64,000 nucleotides of DNA from Lama glama (Eukaryota): positions 92,134,001 through 92,198,000 of the forward strand of contig CM052817.1 in assembly GCA_028534125.1 (NCBI GenBank), read 5' to 3'. Shown one piece after another: positions 21,301 through 34,150 of this stretch. Both the position numbers and the translations under genes were made by a program. Within the stretch, counting starts at the first letter, position 1; every line of letters begins with the position of its first letter. The notes beneath the pieces were generated by a model. It had not been told where the DNA came from, did not search any database, and worked only from the letters and a program-made list of their open reading frames with translations.

Positions 21301-23887
21301 ACTACGCATTATGGTGAGGGCGGGCTTCTAAAATCTCTGATTTTGAGTATGGTTTTGCACGTATGATGAACTTCAGAGTTTTGTAGTGTCTCTTCATTTA
21401 AGGGAAAAGAGCTTTTTTTTTAATTTTAGTGAATAAAAAAGCCAGGTTTAGCCAAGATTTCAACCAGCATGCTAAAACCTTGTGATGAGGTCATAGGGTC
21501 TCACACTAACAACTACACATCACAATACAACTATTAAAAGAACTCTGATTCACTAATTTGTTCATTCTTTTTTCCTTCTGGGGCTATCTGGGAAAGCTGC
21601 CCATTTGCAGAGAGCTTCTTTGGCTATCTTCCTTTGCCTTTCAAAGCCCTCAAAAAAAGTTCTTAAGTACCTCATAATGGGTCCAGGAGATTGTTGATTT
21701 TGTTTATAACATGTCAGAAGTAACAATTTTCATACTACTAATAGACTCACTACAAAGCATAAGGGATATCTCAGGTGGTTCCTGAATGGACCAAATATTT
21801 GTATTTATTTATAGGCTCTTCTACCTTCATGGGCATTAGACCAGGAGTTGGGAACCATAAATTCTAATTCTAGACCTGATACTAATTAACTATTTGATCT
21901 TGACTTTACTGGTACTTTGTTACCTGATCTATCTATACCAGAAGACTAATGTCTATAGCCTCTTTCAACTCTAAAATTCTACAATTGTACATAAAAAAAC
22001 TCACCAACAAGAAACCTATCCTACTTGGTACATGGAACTAAATGTGAGGATACAGGGATTTATCAAGGAACAGATGAGCACAGAGGCTCTTGTATTTCAT
22101 GTCGTAAACACTGCTATAGCCACACAATGAGGTAATAATAAGGGTTAAAGTAATAATATGCATCCATCTTTTTTTTTAAGCATAAAGATACATAATGGCT
22201 GCATTCATTTCCTTGAAAAACGTTGGACATTAAAAACCTATTGAAAATGCAAATGCTAACATATCCAATACCATGTACAAAAAGGTAGAAACTGAAGATC
22301 TCCTTGCCCCTTGTTCACTCACTCTAACCAACTCCACAGCATGTTTAGTTAGAATCAGTATTAAATTTGAGAATCAGTCCAGACTAGCATGTCAGAGGAG
22401 GCAGGTCTTTGCATTAGGAGTTATCATCCAGCACATAACTTTTTGAGGACTTTAGAGTCCTTTGAGATAAAAGGGACACTTTCAGTCTGAGCTTCTAATG
22501 AAACAGAATTAATAAAATGTGCTAGCTTGAAACCATTTCACCCTTGGGAAACAATAAAGCTCACCCTGGACAACTGGCTATATTTTGCAGATTGAAAGGG
22601 GCCATTGATTAATGCTTTGACGCTAGCATCCTCTTGGCCAGAAAAAATGTTCCATAATATTCTCTCTGATTCTCTGAGAGTTAGGCACCTTTGTGTGGGA
22701 GAATCAGTCTGTGGTGCTTTCTGAAGGGAGGCTGGAGATAGGTTGTCAGGATCGTGGCTAAGCTGGTAGAGTTCTGAATCCACGGAGCTCCTAGTTACTG
22801 TCCTCTGTGAGCTGAGCAAATTAACCTGGGCCCATTGCACTGCCTGAAACAAAATAAGGAATCAGTAAAATAAGGGACTGTATTTTTGCATGCCAGTTAC
22901 CATTCAGTTTGATTTTTCTGGGAAGGTGTGTGCAGTGGGAGTATTTTTGATGCAGATAAATTTTTGATTCCCTAAGCTTAATGAAATAGGGAGCTAAGTA
23001 GAAGAAAAGACATTTTAAGAATCCTTGTCACTGCCTACATACAATAGGCACTTGATTTATGAAAAATACAACTAAATAAGATAGAATGAATTTAAAGCAC
23101 TTATTCTCTTGAAAATTTAGCCGGTTAAGGTCCTGAATTTTCCTTAACCTCAGTGCATGACTATGGATATTTCTACAATTGAGTAGTTATTTATAGGAAC
23201 CAACAACAACAACAACAAAAATGAGCATCTTCAAGAACAAGTAGATATGAAAAAGAACTGATTAGGAATTTTGAAAAAAATGTACTCTTTGAAATTAAAA
23301 ATCTCAATATATGGATTGAAGTCTAGATTGAGATCAGCCAAAGATAGAATTGGAAAACAGTGCTGAGGAATTCACACAGAATGCAGCACATGGAGACAAA
23401 AACTACTTAAGGGAAGCCAAGAGCCATGAATAATTGACGGAGAGGCTCATAAACAAATATTTAGGAATTTCAGGGAAAACAGATGAAAGAGAAAGACAGA
23501 AGAACAACATTTGAAGAGAGAAGGCTGAGAAATTTCCAGAGTTGAAGACAAGCCTGCAAACGAAAAGTTCACAACATAAATAAAAATAAACCTACATTGT
23601 AGGGAAATGGTAAAACGTCAAGGACAAATAGAACAATCCTAAAAGCTACCAGAGGAAAAAGACTGGTCACCGAGAGAAGAGTTACAGCTGGGCTGGCCTC
23701 TTCTCATCAGCATTGATCAATGAAATAATTATCCAAACTGTGGAGGGAAAAGAATTTTCCATCTAGCTAGATTCTCATACCAAAACTAAACTATCATTGA
23801 AAAAAAAGACAAAATAAGGATCTTTCAGCCTTGAAAAGTTTACCCATCCATTAAAGGGTTAACTTGAATATAAAGAAAAGAGCCTAA

Positions 23888-24065
23888 TAATAATCATTAT
23901 AACAATGGCTAACACTTTACATGCATCAACTACTTTTAATCCTCCCGAGAACTCTATGAGGAGGACACATTTTTAACTTTATTTTACAGTGAGGAAACAG
24001 GTTCAAAAAGATTAAGATCGCCCTGCTAGTAAGAATGGAGATTTAAACCAGGTGGGCCAGGAAGA
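23888..24065 (-). mobile_element. MIR inserted in the old L1
   Basis: tttaatcctcccgagaactctatgagg...ttttacagtgaggaaacaggttcaaaaagattaag. Confidence 0.7.
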
Positions 24066-25334
24066 CACTGTATGAAAGAAATCACAAATAAACAAAGAAG
24101 TTGACAAAATAAGTGGATATAGTTTAATTGACCACTGACTGTAACAATTCACTGTTTTACTTAAAAAAAAAAGAGGAAAAACTGAAACTGTCTGTAACAG
24201 TAATATCAGGAGTTGTTCCATAACTTGGCTGAATCATACCAAGAACTTCTGTGTGTTTAGGAGAATTGTGGTAAAGAATAACTTAAAACTTTTAATGAAA
24301 ATTTATATTTACATAGTTAAAAATATAAGGATAACAAGAACAAAGCTAGAATTGTAATTTATAGTTTCAAAATCAGTAGAAGAATATTTAAAATGAAATA
24401 AAGGAATTTACCAATTCAGCAGAAAACAAGAAGGAAAATTATAAAAAGGGAAAGGAAGGCAAAAAGAAAACAAAACAAAAGCAGTAGTAAAAATATATTC
24501 AAATAATCACTAATCACAATAAATAACTGTGAAATGAAATTTAATTATTAGAAGAATTTACTAATCTATTGTATCTTTTTAATTAGCCAAGAAATTTTAT
24601 TATCCAAGTTTTATATCTGCCTCCAACAGTTTAGTATCATTTTAATTGATGATATATTGAGAACATTCAAGAGCTGTAGCTTGCATTTCTTATTTAAAAA
24701 TCCATATTTAAAAACTGAGACGTGTGTTTATGTAACCATGATGATAAGGGAAATTACAACCCAAACAGATGGATATTTATAAAAACTGGTATTTCAAGAA
24801 AAGACTTGAAATAAGAAGTCCTTACCAACTTCTTCTTTAACTAGAGAACAATTATTTTAGAATTACATTTTTTCCTAATGGTACTCCAGAGTAAGTCAAA
24901 GGGAAAACATTTAGCAATCTTTAATCTTTTACCTCCTAAAATTTTAGATGGCTTGCTATCAGAATGATTTTCCAATCAACATTACAGGAAATCTTGATAA
25001 AAGGCCAAATGTCTACATATTTCTTAAAAGTTGATTTTTTTTAATATATCAGCACAGATGATCTCCATCATTTTACATACTGAAACAGCAGGAATCATTT
25101 TTATTGTCCATGTACTGTATGAGTATTAAATTAAACTCTGATTCTTATTGATCAATACTGTAGATTCCATGTCATCATTAAGTCTAAGAAAACAAATTTC
25201 TGCATCTTCTGTAGAAACTTTTCAATTGTAACAACATTCTCAAAAAGTTTTCACTTTGTCATTATCTTTCCTTTTTGATTGCAAAGTGCAAAAGATTCCT
25301 GAATAAACAGCCCACTCATAGCTTCCTGTAACTA

Positions 25335-27270
25335 TCACTACAATCAAAATGGGAAAATTGTGCCATCAACTGAAAGGCTTCTTCCTGGTACCCCTTTAAA
25401 GCCACACCCTCCCACCCCCATCCTTAACCCCTGGCAACCACTAATCTTTTTCCCATCTCTATAATTTTGTTATTTCAAGATTGTTATGTAAATACAATCA
25501 TTCAATATGTAACTTTTTTTCACTCATCATCATTCCCATGAGTTTCACCCAAGTTGTTGCATTTATCAATATTTCATTCCTTCTATTGCTGAGTACTTTC
25601 TCTGCCATGGATATACCACAGTTTGCTTATCCATTCAACCACTGAAGGAAAACTGGATAGTTTCCAGCGGCTATTATGAATAAAGCTGCTGTGAACATTC
25701 ATGTACAAGTTTCTGCATGAATGTAAGTTTTCATTTCTCTGTGGTAAATGCCCAGCAGTGCAGTTACTGAATGATATGGTAAGTACATGTTTACTTTGAA
25801 AAGAAACTGCCAAACTATTTTCCAGAGCGGCTGTACCATTTAACATTCCTACCAGCATTGTATGAGTGAACCAGTTTCTCTGCATTCTTGCCAGCATTTA
25901 GTGTAGTCACTGTTTGTAATTTTAGCCATACTGATAGGTGTGTAGTGATATCTCAATTGTGGTTTTCATTTACATTTCCTTAAGGGCTAATGAAGTTGAA
26001 CACCATTTTATGTGCTTATTTGCCATCTGTCTGTTCTCCTTGATAGAGTACTGGTTTATGTCTTTGGAAAATTTTTCTAATTTGATTGTTTATTTACTAT
26101 TGTGCTTTGAGAGTCCTTTATATTTTGTAGACACAAATCCCTTGGCCTATATGTGTTTTGCAAATATTTTCTCCCAGGTTGTAATTTATCCTTTCATCCT
26201 TTTAAGAGAGTCTTTCCCAGAACCAAAATTTCTTATTTTGATAAAGTCCAAATTGTTATCTTTTCCTTTTATGGACATGAGCTTTTGGTATCAAATTTAA
26301 GAACTCTGCCTAGCTCTAGGTCCCACAGATTTTTCACTTACATTTTGTTCTAAACTTTTATAGTTTTGCGTTTTACATTTAAGTCTGTGATTCATTTTGA
26401 GTTAATTTAGTTAATTTCTGTGTACAGTGTTAGGTTTAGGTGGGTTTTGCTTTCTTGTTTTATTTTGTTTGGTTGGTTTTTTTTTTCCTTCCTTGTGGGT
26501 GACCAGTTGGTTCAGCCCATTTGTTGGAAAGGCTATCCTTCCTTTGCTGAGTTGTTTCTCTCCTTTGTCAAAGATAAGTTGAGCATATTTGTGTGAGTCC
26601 CTTTCTGGGTTCTCTGTTCTGTTCCACTGATTTATGTGTCTATCCCTCCACCTTCACCACAGTCTCCATCACTGTAGCTACAGAAGTCTTCAAATCGGAG
26701 GCACTGACTCTGCCTGCTCTACTCTTCTTTTTCAACATTCTTTTAGCTATTCTAGTCCTGCCATTTCATATACATTTCAGTTTAATCTTAACAATGTCTA
26801 CAAAAAATCTTGATGATATTTTCATAGGAATTGCATTAAACTTGTATATCAATTTGGGAAAAGTGACATCTTTATGTTGAGTCTTTCAATCCATGAACAC
26901 AGTAAGTCTCTTCATTTATTCAGATCACCTTTGACTTCTTTTATCAGCTTCTTGTAATTTTCATCATACAGATTCTATACGTTTTTGTCAGATTTATACT
27001 GAATATTTAATATTCTTTGGAGCAATTGTAAATGGTATTGCATTTTTTTAAAGAATTTGGTTTCTACTTGTTTGCTGTTAGTATATAGAAAGGCAGTTGA
27101 TTTTGGCATGTTGATCTTATGTCCTGTGAACCTGCTGAACTCACTTGTGGGTTCTAGGAGAGTTTTTATTGTTGTTGGTGGTAGTGGTGGTAGAGTCCCA
27201 CAAATTTTCTAGGAGTACAATCATGTTACTTGAAACTAGAGATGGTTTTATCTCTTTCATTCATTATACT
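25335..27270 (-). mobile_element. L1 (L1MC/L1MB-like) 3' part, antisense
   Basis: ccttaacccctggcaaccactaatc 3'-UTR motif, and ORF2 3' remnants (aaactgccaaactattttccagagcggctgtaccattt; ttgcattaaacttgtatatcaatttggg). Confidence 0.85.
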
Positions 27271-28696
27271 GTATTTTTTAAAAGTTAAATTCTTTACTTC
27301 TTTCAAGACATATCACTTAAAAAGATTCTGAAAATCTGAAAACAAAGAATGGAACAAGATACAGCAGGCAAATACACACATACACACACATACACACCAG
27401 ATAGTAGGGACTTAATAATATAAGAAACATGAGAATATAAGCATTAGTAAAGGTAAAAAATGGGGTACTACATAATATATGTATCAATCCACTAAGAATA
27501 CAAAATCATCATGAACTTCTAGGCAACTAACAACATGGTCCTGATATTAATAAAGCAAAAACTGACAATTACAAAGATAATTTTGCAAAATATGATGGGT
27601 TATTTGAACACACTTATATTAAAAACAATCAATCAGAAAAAGATTACAAGAAAATAAAAATTTAAAAAATAAAGCTATCAAGTTTGAGTTAAGGTATGTG
27701 CATACACACATATGTTATATTCCACTAATAGGATATACCTTTTCATTTCAAGCACTAGTGGAACTTGTAAAAAATGGACCATTCAAACAAGATTATAAAT
27801 TTCAAAGTAAAGTTGCCAAATAGACCACTATCTCTTGTCATGGTACCATTAGAACCATGGTACCAAAGTAGAAACCAACAGTAAAAAGAAAACCTAAAAG
27901 GCACATATGTTTGTAATACTAAAGATACACATAAGTAATCCAATGATTAAGCAGGAAATCGTAGTGGAAATACTAAAATTTTCAGAAATAAACATAATGA
28001 AATTATCACCCATCAAAAAATGAGATAGGCAAAATGGTATTTTAAATATAAATTGTAGCCTTGAATTTGTTTATTAAAAAGATATGAAAACTGAAAATAA
28101 GTGAGCTAGAAGAACAGAGTAAACCTGGATAGAATGAAAGGGAGAAAATAATAATAATAATAGTGCAGAAAATAATAAAATAGAAAACAGAAATAAGGTA
28201 AGCAAATAAAAAAATCTACTCTTTTAAACTATTTTAAATCTAATTCTTTGACTAAGTGAGTGAATCATTCATATAGTTCAAAACTTTAAATGTATGAGCT
28301 GGTATATAATTAAAAGCTTTCTTTCCATTTCTTTTGCCTGACCACCCAATTTCCCTTCTACAGACAACCAATATTATTTTCTTTTTTATCTTTCCAGTGG
28401 TAACTTGTACATTGAGCCAATATTAAATAGATAGTAGCCTTTTCCTATTTTTAGCTCAAATGTAAATTGGAGATATTTTTCAGACCTTCAGCAAGACTGA
28501 AGTGAGGAGGGGAGAGAGAGAGAGGGAGAGAAGACACAAATAAACAATAGTGGGGATGAAAAAGAGGACATAACTATGGATATAGAAGAGATTCTAAGCA
28601 TCCTAATTAAATATTATGCCAATAATTTTTCATATGTATGTCAATAAACTTAAAAACCTAAGTGAAGTAGGTGGTTTTTCAGAAAAATATAAACTA

Positions 28697-29170
28697 TCTG
28701 GACTAGTCAGAGTTTAGTCATGAAAACAGAACCTCTCCAGTCCAATAAAAGGGATTTAATACAGGAGATCTGTTTCAAAAGGAGAACTTCAAAGTTAAGC
28801 AGCAGGTGGTGAGGCAACACTGAGATTAGTACCATCGGGAAACTGTTACCACCACTAGGGCTGGAGGGATCAAGGCAGGAGTTGGCATCACTGAGGGTTA
28901 AGACCCAGTTACCAGTGGGAGCTAGATTTGTGACAGGGTGCTGAGAGGGAGCTGGATCATGGGGAAAAGCTGTTTAGTGGGAGCTGGAACCCCAGAGGAG
29001 ACAGCCATTGCTGGAGGCAGAGAGAGGATGGGAGAAATGGCATGGCTTCTCCCTCTCTCCTGCCCGCTAGTCCTCTGCTAGTGTCCACCATTGACCAAAA
29101 CTAGCTAATTGGATAGGGGATCTCAGAAATGTAGTTTGCAGCAAGAAGACAGACAAATGATCTGAGAGCA
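28697..29170. mobile_element. ERVL/MaLR-class solo LTR inserted in the old L1
   Basis: Starts tggactagtcagagtttagtcatgaaaacagaacc...gggatttaatacagg, with an abrupt GC rise inside A-rich L1. Confidence 0.6.
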
Positions 29171-30839
29171 AATAGGAAAGAAATGACATCCTCAAAATTG
29201 ACTCAAGAAGAAAAATAAACCTAACAACAATAAACCTGTAACCATCTGCAAGTAAAATATTCTCTATATCCTCCTTAACCTCCTAACCTCCAAAGATCTT
29301 GGACCCTGACAGTTTTATAGGAATTAAAACAGATAATCCTAATATTATAAAAATATTTCAGATAACTGAAAAAGTGAAAAAACCACCTAATTCATTTTAT
29401 AAAGCTAGTCTAATTTTGAAATTAAAACTAGAAAGGGATAGCATGAGAGAACCATGAAACAATTATATTTCATTTATGAACATAGGAAAATCCTAAGTAA
29501 AATAAGAACAAATTGAATTCAACATACCTATGTCTATTATTGATAAAAATGATACATCCTAATTAAATAGAATTTTTCCATTATGCAAGGATGTTGCAAC
29601 ATCATAAAATATATGAGTGTAATTAGCAGATTGAAAGAGAAGTCATTCTCAACAGGTGCAAAAAATATGTTGGGATAAAATTAAATATTTAAGATTTTAA
29701 AAAATCTTAGTAAATTATGAATAAAAGGGATGTGGACTCACTGTTTCTAGACTCACTGTTTCAGCTCTATCACCTTATATTTTCTCCTCAACGCAACTAA
29801 CTCAGGCTATAATCGTCACCATTTCACTGCCAAGTTTAATGGAAAATTGTTATTTTAGTCTGAGCAGCTTCTGATACAGACGATCTCTCCCTCCTTCTTG
29901 GAATACTCTCTTCCCTGGACGACTATGATTCTATACTCCTCGGGTTTTCCTCCTAGATCAGTGGTCATCCATTCTCATTCTATTCACTGGTGCCACCGTA
30001 AATGTTAAAGCTCCCTGGAATTCAGCCCTCTCTTCTCTTTATTTTCTCTCCTTTCTTTACACTTGCCATCCTGATGATTTTATTCATTCTTGTGACTTTA
30101 AACACTATGTGTCTACTGATAACACCCAAAGGCATATTCAGCTCCAACCGCCTATTTGGCATCTTCACTGAAAGTAAAATAAGGATCTCAAACCTAATTT
30201 GTCCAAAGCAGGACTCTTGGTTTCCCTTTTTCTTCTGCTGACACACAACCTTTTCCTCTCCAGGGAATTCCTAACTCTGTTAAGGCAACTTCACTTACTG
30301 TTGCTCAGGTCAGATACGTAGGATCATCCAGAACTGCTCTCTTTCCCTCCATCACACACCCAATCTATCACCACACCTGGTTAGTTTCATCTTCAGATAG
30401 ATCCTTAACCCAAGCAGTTCTTACTACCTCCCTAACTACCAACATGGTGCAAGCCAGCATAATCTCTTACACAATTGAACACAATTGCCTCCCAACTGGT
30501 CTCTCAGCTTCCATTTTTGTTCCCTACAGGCAATTCTGCCAACAGCAGCCAGAGAGAACTTCTTAAACATAATTCATTTCAAATCATGTCCCTTCTTGTG
30601 ACTCCTCAAAGCCTTCTGTTGGTACTCAGAGTAAATTCCAACCTACGTGGCCTGGCAGCGCTACCTCAGTGACTCATCTCCCACTGCTGTTATCCCTGCT
30701 GGCTTCCTTCTGGTCACACTGCTCTTCATCTGCTTCTTGGTCACAGTAGGTTATGCCTAACTCAGGCATTTCTTTCGTTGTCCCCTGCATGGACTGCCTT
30801 TCTTCCAGACTGTCACATGGCTTGTGCTGCTCAGCCAGA

Positions 30840-31225
30840 TCCCCTTTGGTGGGTCTTGTTACCTCACCTTCTAGAATCTCAGTGGACAGCCTGCAGTGGA
30901 TGGCCTGTTCCACTTTAGCTGAAGAAAACCACCTTGTTCATGGTCATACTAGTTCCTGGAATGGCCGCATCTAACATCTGGTCCTTGCAAGGGTATAAAG
31001 GCCATGCTTCCTTGCCCCTACTTACTCTACCCCTTGAGTGGGGTCATAGGAGCTCTAGAACTCTCTAGTGAAACAGGCAAGGCTGTTGCTGGACCTGCAC
31101 TGAAGCTCCACTTCTCTTCTGCCCACTCTTCCCCCGTCTCTCCTCACTCGCACAGGTGTTGGTCCCAAGGGCATTTCTTAATATGTGCCCTGCATGCTGA
31201 GTTCCATCTCAAGCCTGCAACACAC
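30840..31225 (+). mobile_element. ERVL-class (LTR16-like) LTR fragment nested in L2
   Basis: Contains a gggtataaagg TATA-like motif and a ccctgcatgctgagttccatctc 3' motif, and interrupts L2 colinearity. Confidence 0.5.
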
Positions 31226-31353
31226 AACTCACCTCACTTATTCAGTTCTCTGCTCAAGTATTCATTTCTCAGAGAGGCCTTCCCTGAACCCCACCTAAAT
31301 AAGCATTCCCCTGTCACTCTTTATTTTTCTTCATATCGTGTACCAGTTCCTGA

Positions 31354-31360
31354 GTGTGTG

Positions 31361-31399
<39 letters not shown>
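31354..31399. repeat. (TG)n microsatellite
   Basis: Seen directly. Confidence 0.95.
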
Positions 31400-31401
<2 letters not shown>

Positions 31402-34019
31402 CTCTCTCTACCTTGTTAAGCTCCATGAAGGACTTCGTCACATTCACCACTCTGTCCTCATCACTTAGAAAAGTTCCTGGCACATAGTAAGCGCTGAATA
31501 TAAATGTTATGAATAAAAGGCTAAATACACATGATAATGGACATCAAATATAAAAAAACAATAGGAGCCCTTTTCTTAATTGTGTACTTTTAGAACTTTA
31601 AGGAGAAGGACAAGGGTATCTGATACTACCCCACTGTTCAACAATGCAATAAGATGAAAATAATGATTAGAGGAGTAACAGTTGGAAAAGAAGAGACAGA
31701 ATTATCTTTATAGGTAAGCTATATGATTGTCTCCCAAAGAAATGCAAAATAAAGTGTTCAGACAATTGATTGGACCTAGTGAGAAAATTTGGCTTATGCC
31801 AAATGAGATGAAAGTACAGCTCTCTTGCATTTCCATACACAATTAATAATCAATCTGAAAATATAATAAGTGAAAGATAATTTATAAGAGTAATAAAAAC
31901 TATAACTACTTAAGAATAAGTATAACAAAGGTATATAATAAGACTTTTGGAAAAAGTTTACAAAAACTTTATTGAAGAACATGCAAGAGACTTGAAAAAA
32001 CAGGGTGAAATGCTATGATGGTGGACAGGAAGACTTACTAGATTAAGAAGTCAATTGCCTCCAAATTAATCTAAAAAGTAAATACAACCCAAGTGAGAAC
32101 CATGATGGAGTTTTTCACAGGACTTGACAAGCTAATCCTAAAATTCATTTGGTACAGTAAAGGGTGAAAAATAGACAAAACACTTTGAAGCAGAACAAAA
32201 TGGTATAATCTTAACCCAGTATCAGGTGGGAATATTTAAGAAAACATGACTCTAGGGCAAAGGAGAGACAAACCAATGAAACGAAACATGAAAACCCAGA
32301 AACTAGACTATGGAAAGCTTGTTTCAGGCCAGAGGTCACATCACAGATTGGTATCAGTATTTGGTAAGTAGCGCTAAAACAATTTGTGTGGAAAAGGAAT
32401 GAGTCCTACCTCACACCACACCAAAAAAGTTCAGATGGATTACAGGATCAAATGTGAAAAGCAAGACTTTTTGAAGAAAACGTAATTTTAATCACAACAA
32501 ATCAGCTTAGGGAAGAACTTGTTAGATAAAAGATTCCAGACCATAAAGAAATATGGATAAATGTGATATCATCATCTTAAAATTCAACATCAAGAGCAAG
32601 TCCAACCACATGACAATAACAACCAAACCCCAGACAGGTAAAAAGATAAGCTACAGACTGGAAGATATTTGCTGTGTGTTGACCTCACAAAAGATTATTA
32701 AGACAAATAATCCAATAGACAAATGGACAAAAGATATAAACAATTTACAGCAGAAGAAAACTGAATGGTCAATAAGCATATGTTAAGATGGTCAACCTTA
32801 CTAATAATCAGGGAAGCAAAAATTAAAATGATATCATTTCATACCCACTGGATTAGAAAGAATAAAACGTCTGACTCTAACAGGGACTTTCATGTGCTAC
32901 TGTTGGGGCTACAGACAGTAGAAAAACCTTGGTGGACAGTTCAAGTAGCAAAGTTAAGATGCTTATATCTTACCATCCAGTAATTCCATTTCTAGAAAAT
33001 ATTCTCTAGTCAAGGTAAACTCTTACACAAGGAGTAGACTATTCACTGCTGTGTTATCTGTAGGAGCAAAATATTGGAAATGACTTAAATGCCCTTCAAT
33101 ACAGAGGAATGACTGTATATATTGTTAAATACAGTCATATAGTGAAATATTGTGCAGCTATGAAAATGAATGACCTAAAGTTACATGTTTCCATATGGAT
33201 AAAGCTTAAAAAATTTAATGCTGAAAAAAGTAAGTTGGAGAATATATAGCATATAATAATATTTATTTAAAGTTTAAGAACAAAAATACAGTGCTATCTG
33301 TTGTTTGTGGATATATCAGGCACTTACAGATATAATCCACATAAAACCATTCATGGGAATGCTATACAACAGTTTCCCTTGAGGGGAGGAATGAAGGGAA
33401 TGTGATTGGAAAGGGGTACACAGGAGGCTTTAATGATAATGTGTGTTGTTTTATTAAAAAAACTAACTGGCAAAACTCTGGGATTTGCTACAATTCAGTG
33501 TTAGGCATGAGAGTGTTACTACGTGATTCCTTACACTTTCATGAATGTTTGAAATATTTCACTTAAAATATTTAAAATTTGTTATTTTATTTTAAAATCA
33601 GGAAAAATTGTCAAAATGTTCTCCAAAACCACCTACATGCCCATGAATAGGGAACTAGTTAAACCAATGTTAATACATAATGAATTATTACGCAAATATT
33701 TTAAATGATGCTTTGTATTTATACAATAAGGAAAGATATCTAAACATTTTATTGAATGAAAAAGGTTACAAATATTATGTACAGCATTATTTTATATGTA
33801 TATAATACTCATATATATATCAGAAATGTTAAACAAAAATTTCTAAGTGGCTGTCTCTGGTTATACCTAGATGGTAGATGTTCTTTGCTATTTTCTCTAG
33901 TTCCTAATGATCATGTGTATTTTTATAAATATAATAAAACTGTTGAAATAGTTCTTCAGAAGCCACCTACATAGAACTGTAAATTAAAATGGAAAAGAAT
34001 GGCAGGGCAGTGGCGGGCC

Positions 34020-34150
34020 CAGTGGGAAAAGGGTTGGGAGCCAGGAGGCCTGGGTTCCAGTCCCAGCTCTGCCCTTAACTGCTGTGTGAGCCCAGACAAG
34101 TTCCTCTCCCTCTCTGGGCTTCTGGGGCCCCATTCATAAATTACGGAGGC
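34020..34150 (+). mobile_element. MIR SINE
   Basis: ggagccaggaggcctgggttccagtcccagctctgcccttaactgctgtgtgagcccagacaagtt. Confidence 0.75.

Larger units (their letters stand above)
29729..31506 (+). mobile_element. L2 (about 1.8 kb including a nested LTR), flanked by a 14-bp direct repeat
   Basis: L2 motifs ctccctccttcttggaatactctcttcc...ggttttcctccta...cagcagccagag, with 3' end cctggcacatagtaagcgctgaata. TTATGAATAAAAGG occurs at 29715-29728 and 31507-31520. Confidence 0.8.
23215..33600 (+). mobile_element. Very old, long L1 (L1ME/L1M-type): ORF1, ORF2 and 3' remnants broken by nested insertions
   Basis: ORF1-like A-rich sequence at 23215-23880, ORF2 start near 24490-24555, then ORF2 remnants at 27290-28695, 29175-29728 and 31520-33000, and 3' region to about 33600. 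Order and orientation are colinear. Confidence 0.65.

Noticed and set aside
25583..26880. ORFs of 95-120 aa
   Set aside because: Fragments of the decayed antisense L1, not genes.
27838..27866. catggtacca repeated twice with palindromic cores
   Set aside because: Short slippage duplication within decayed L1 sequence; no further structure.
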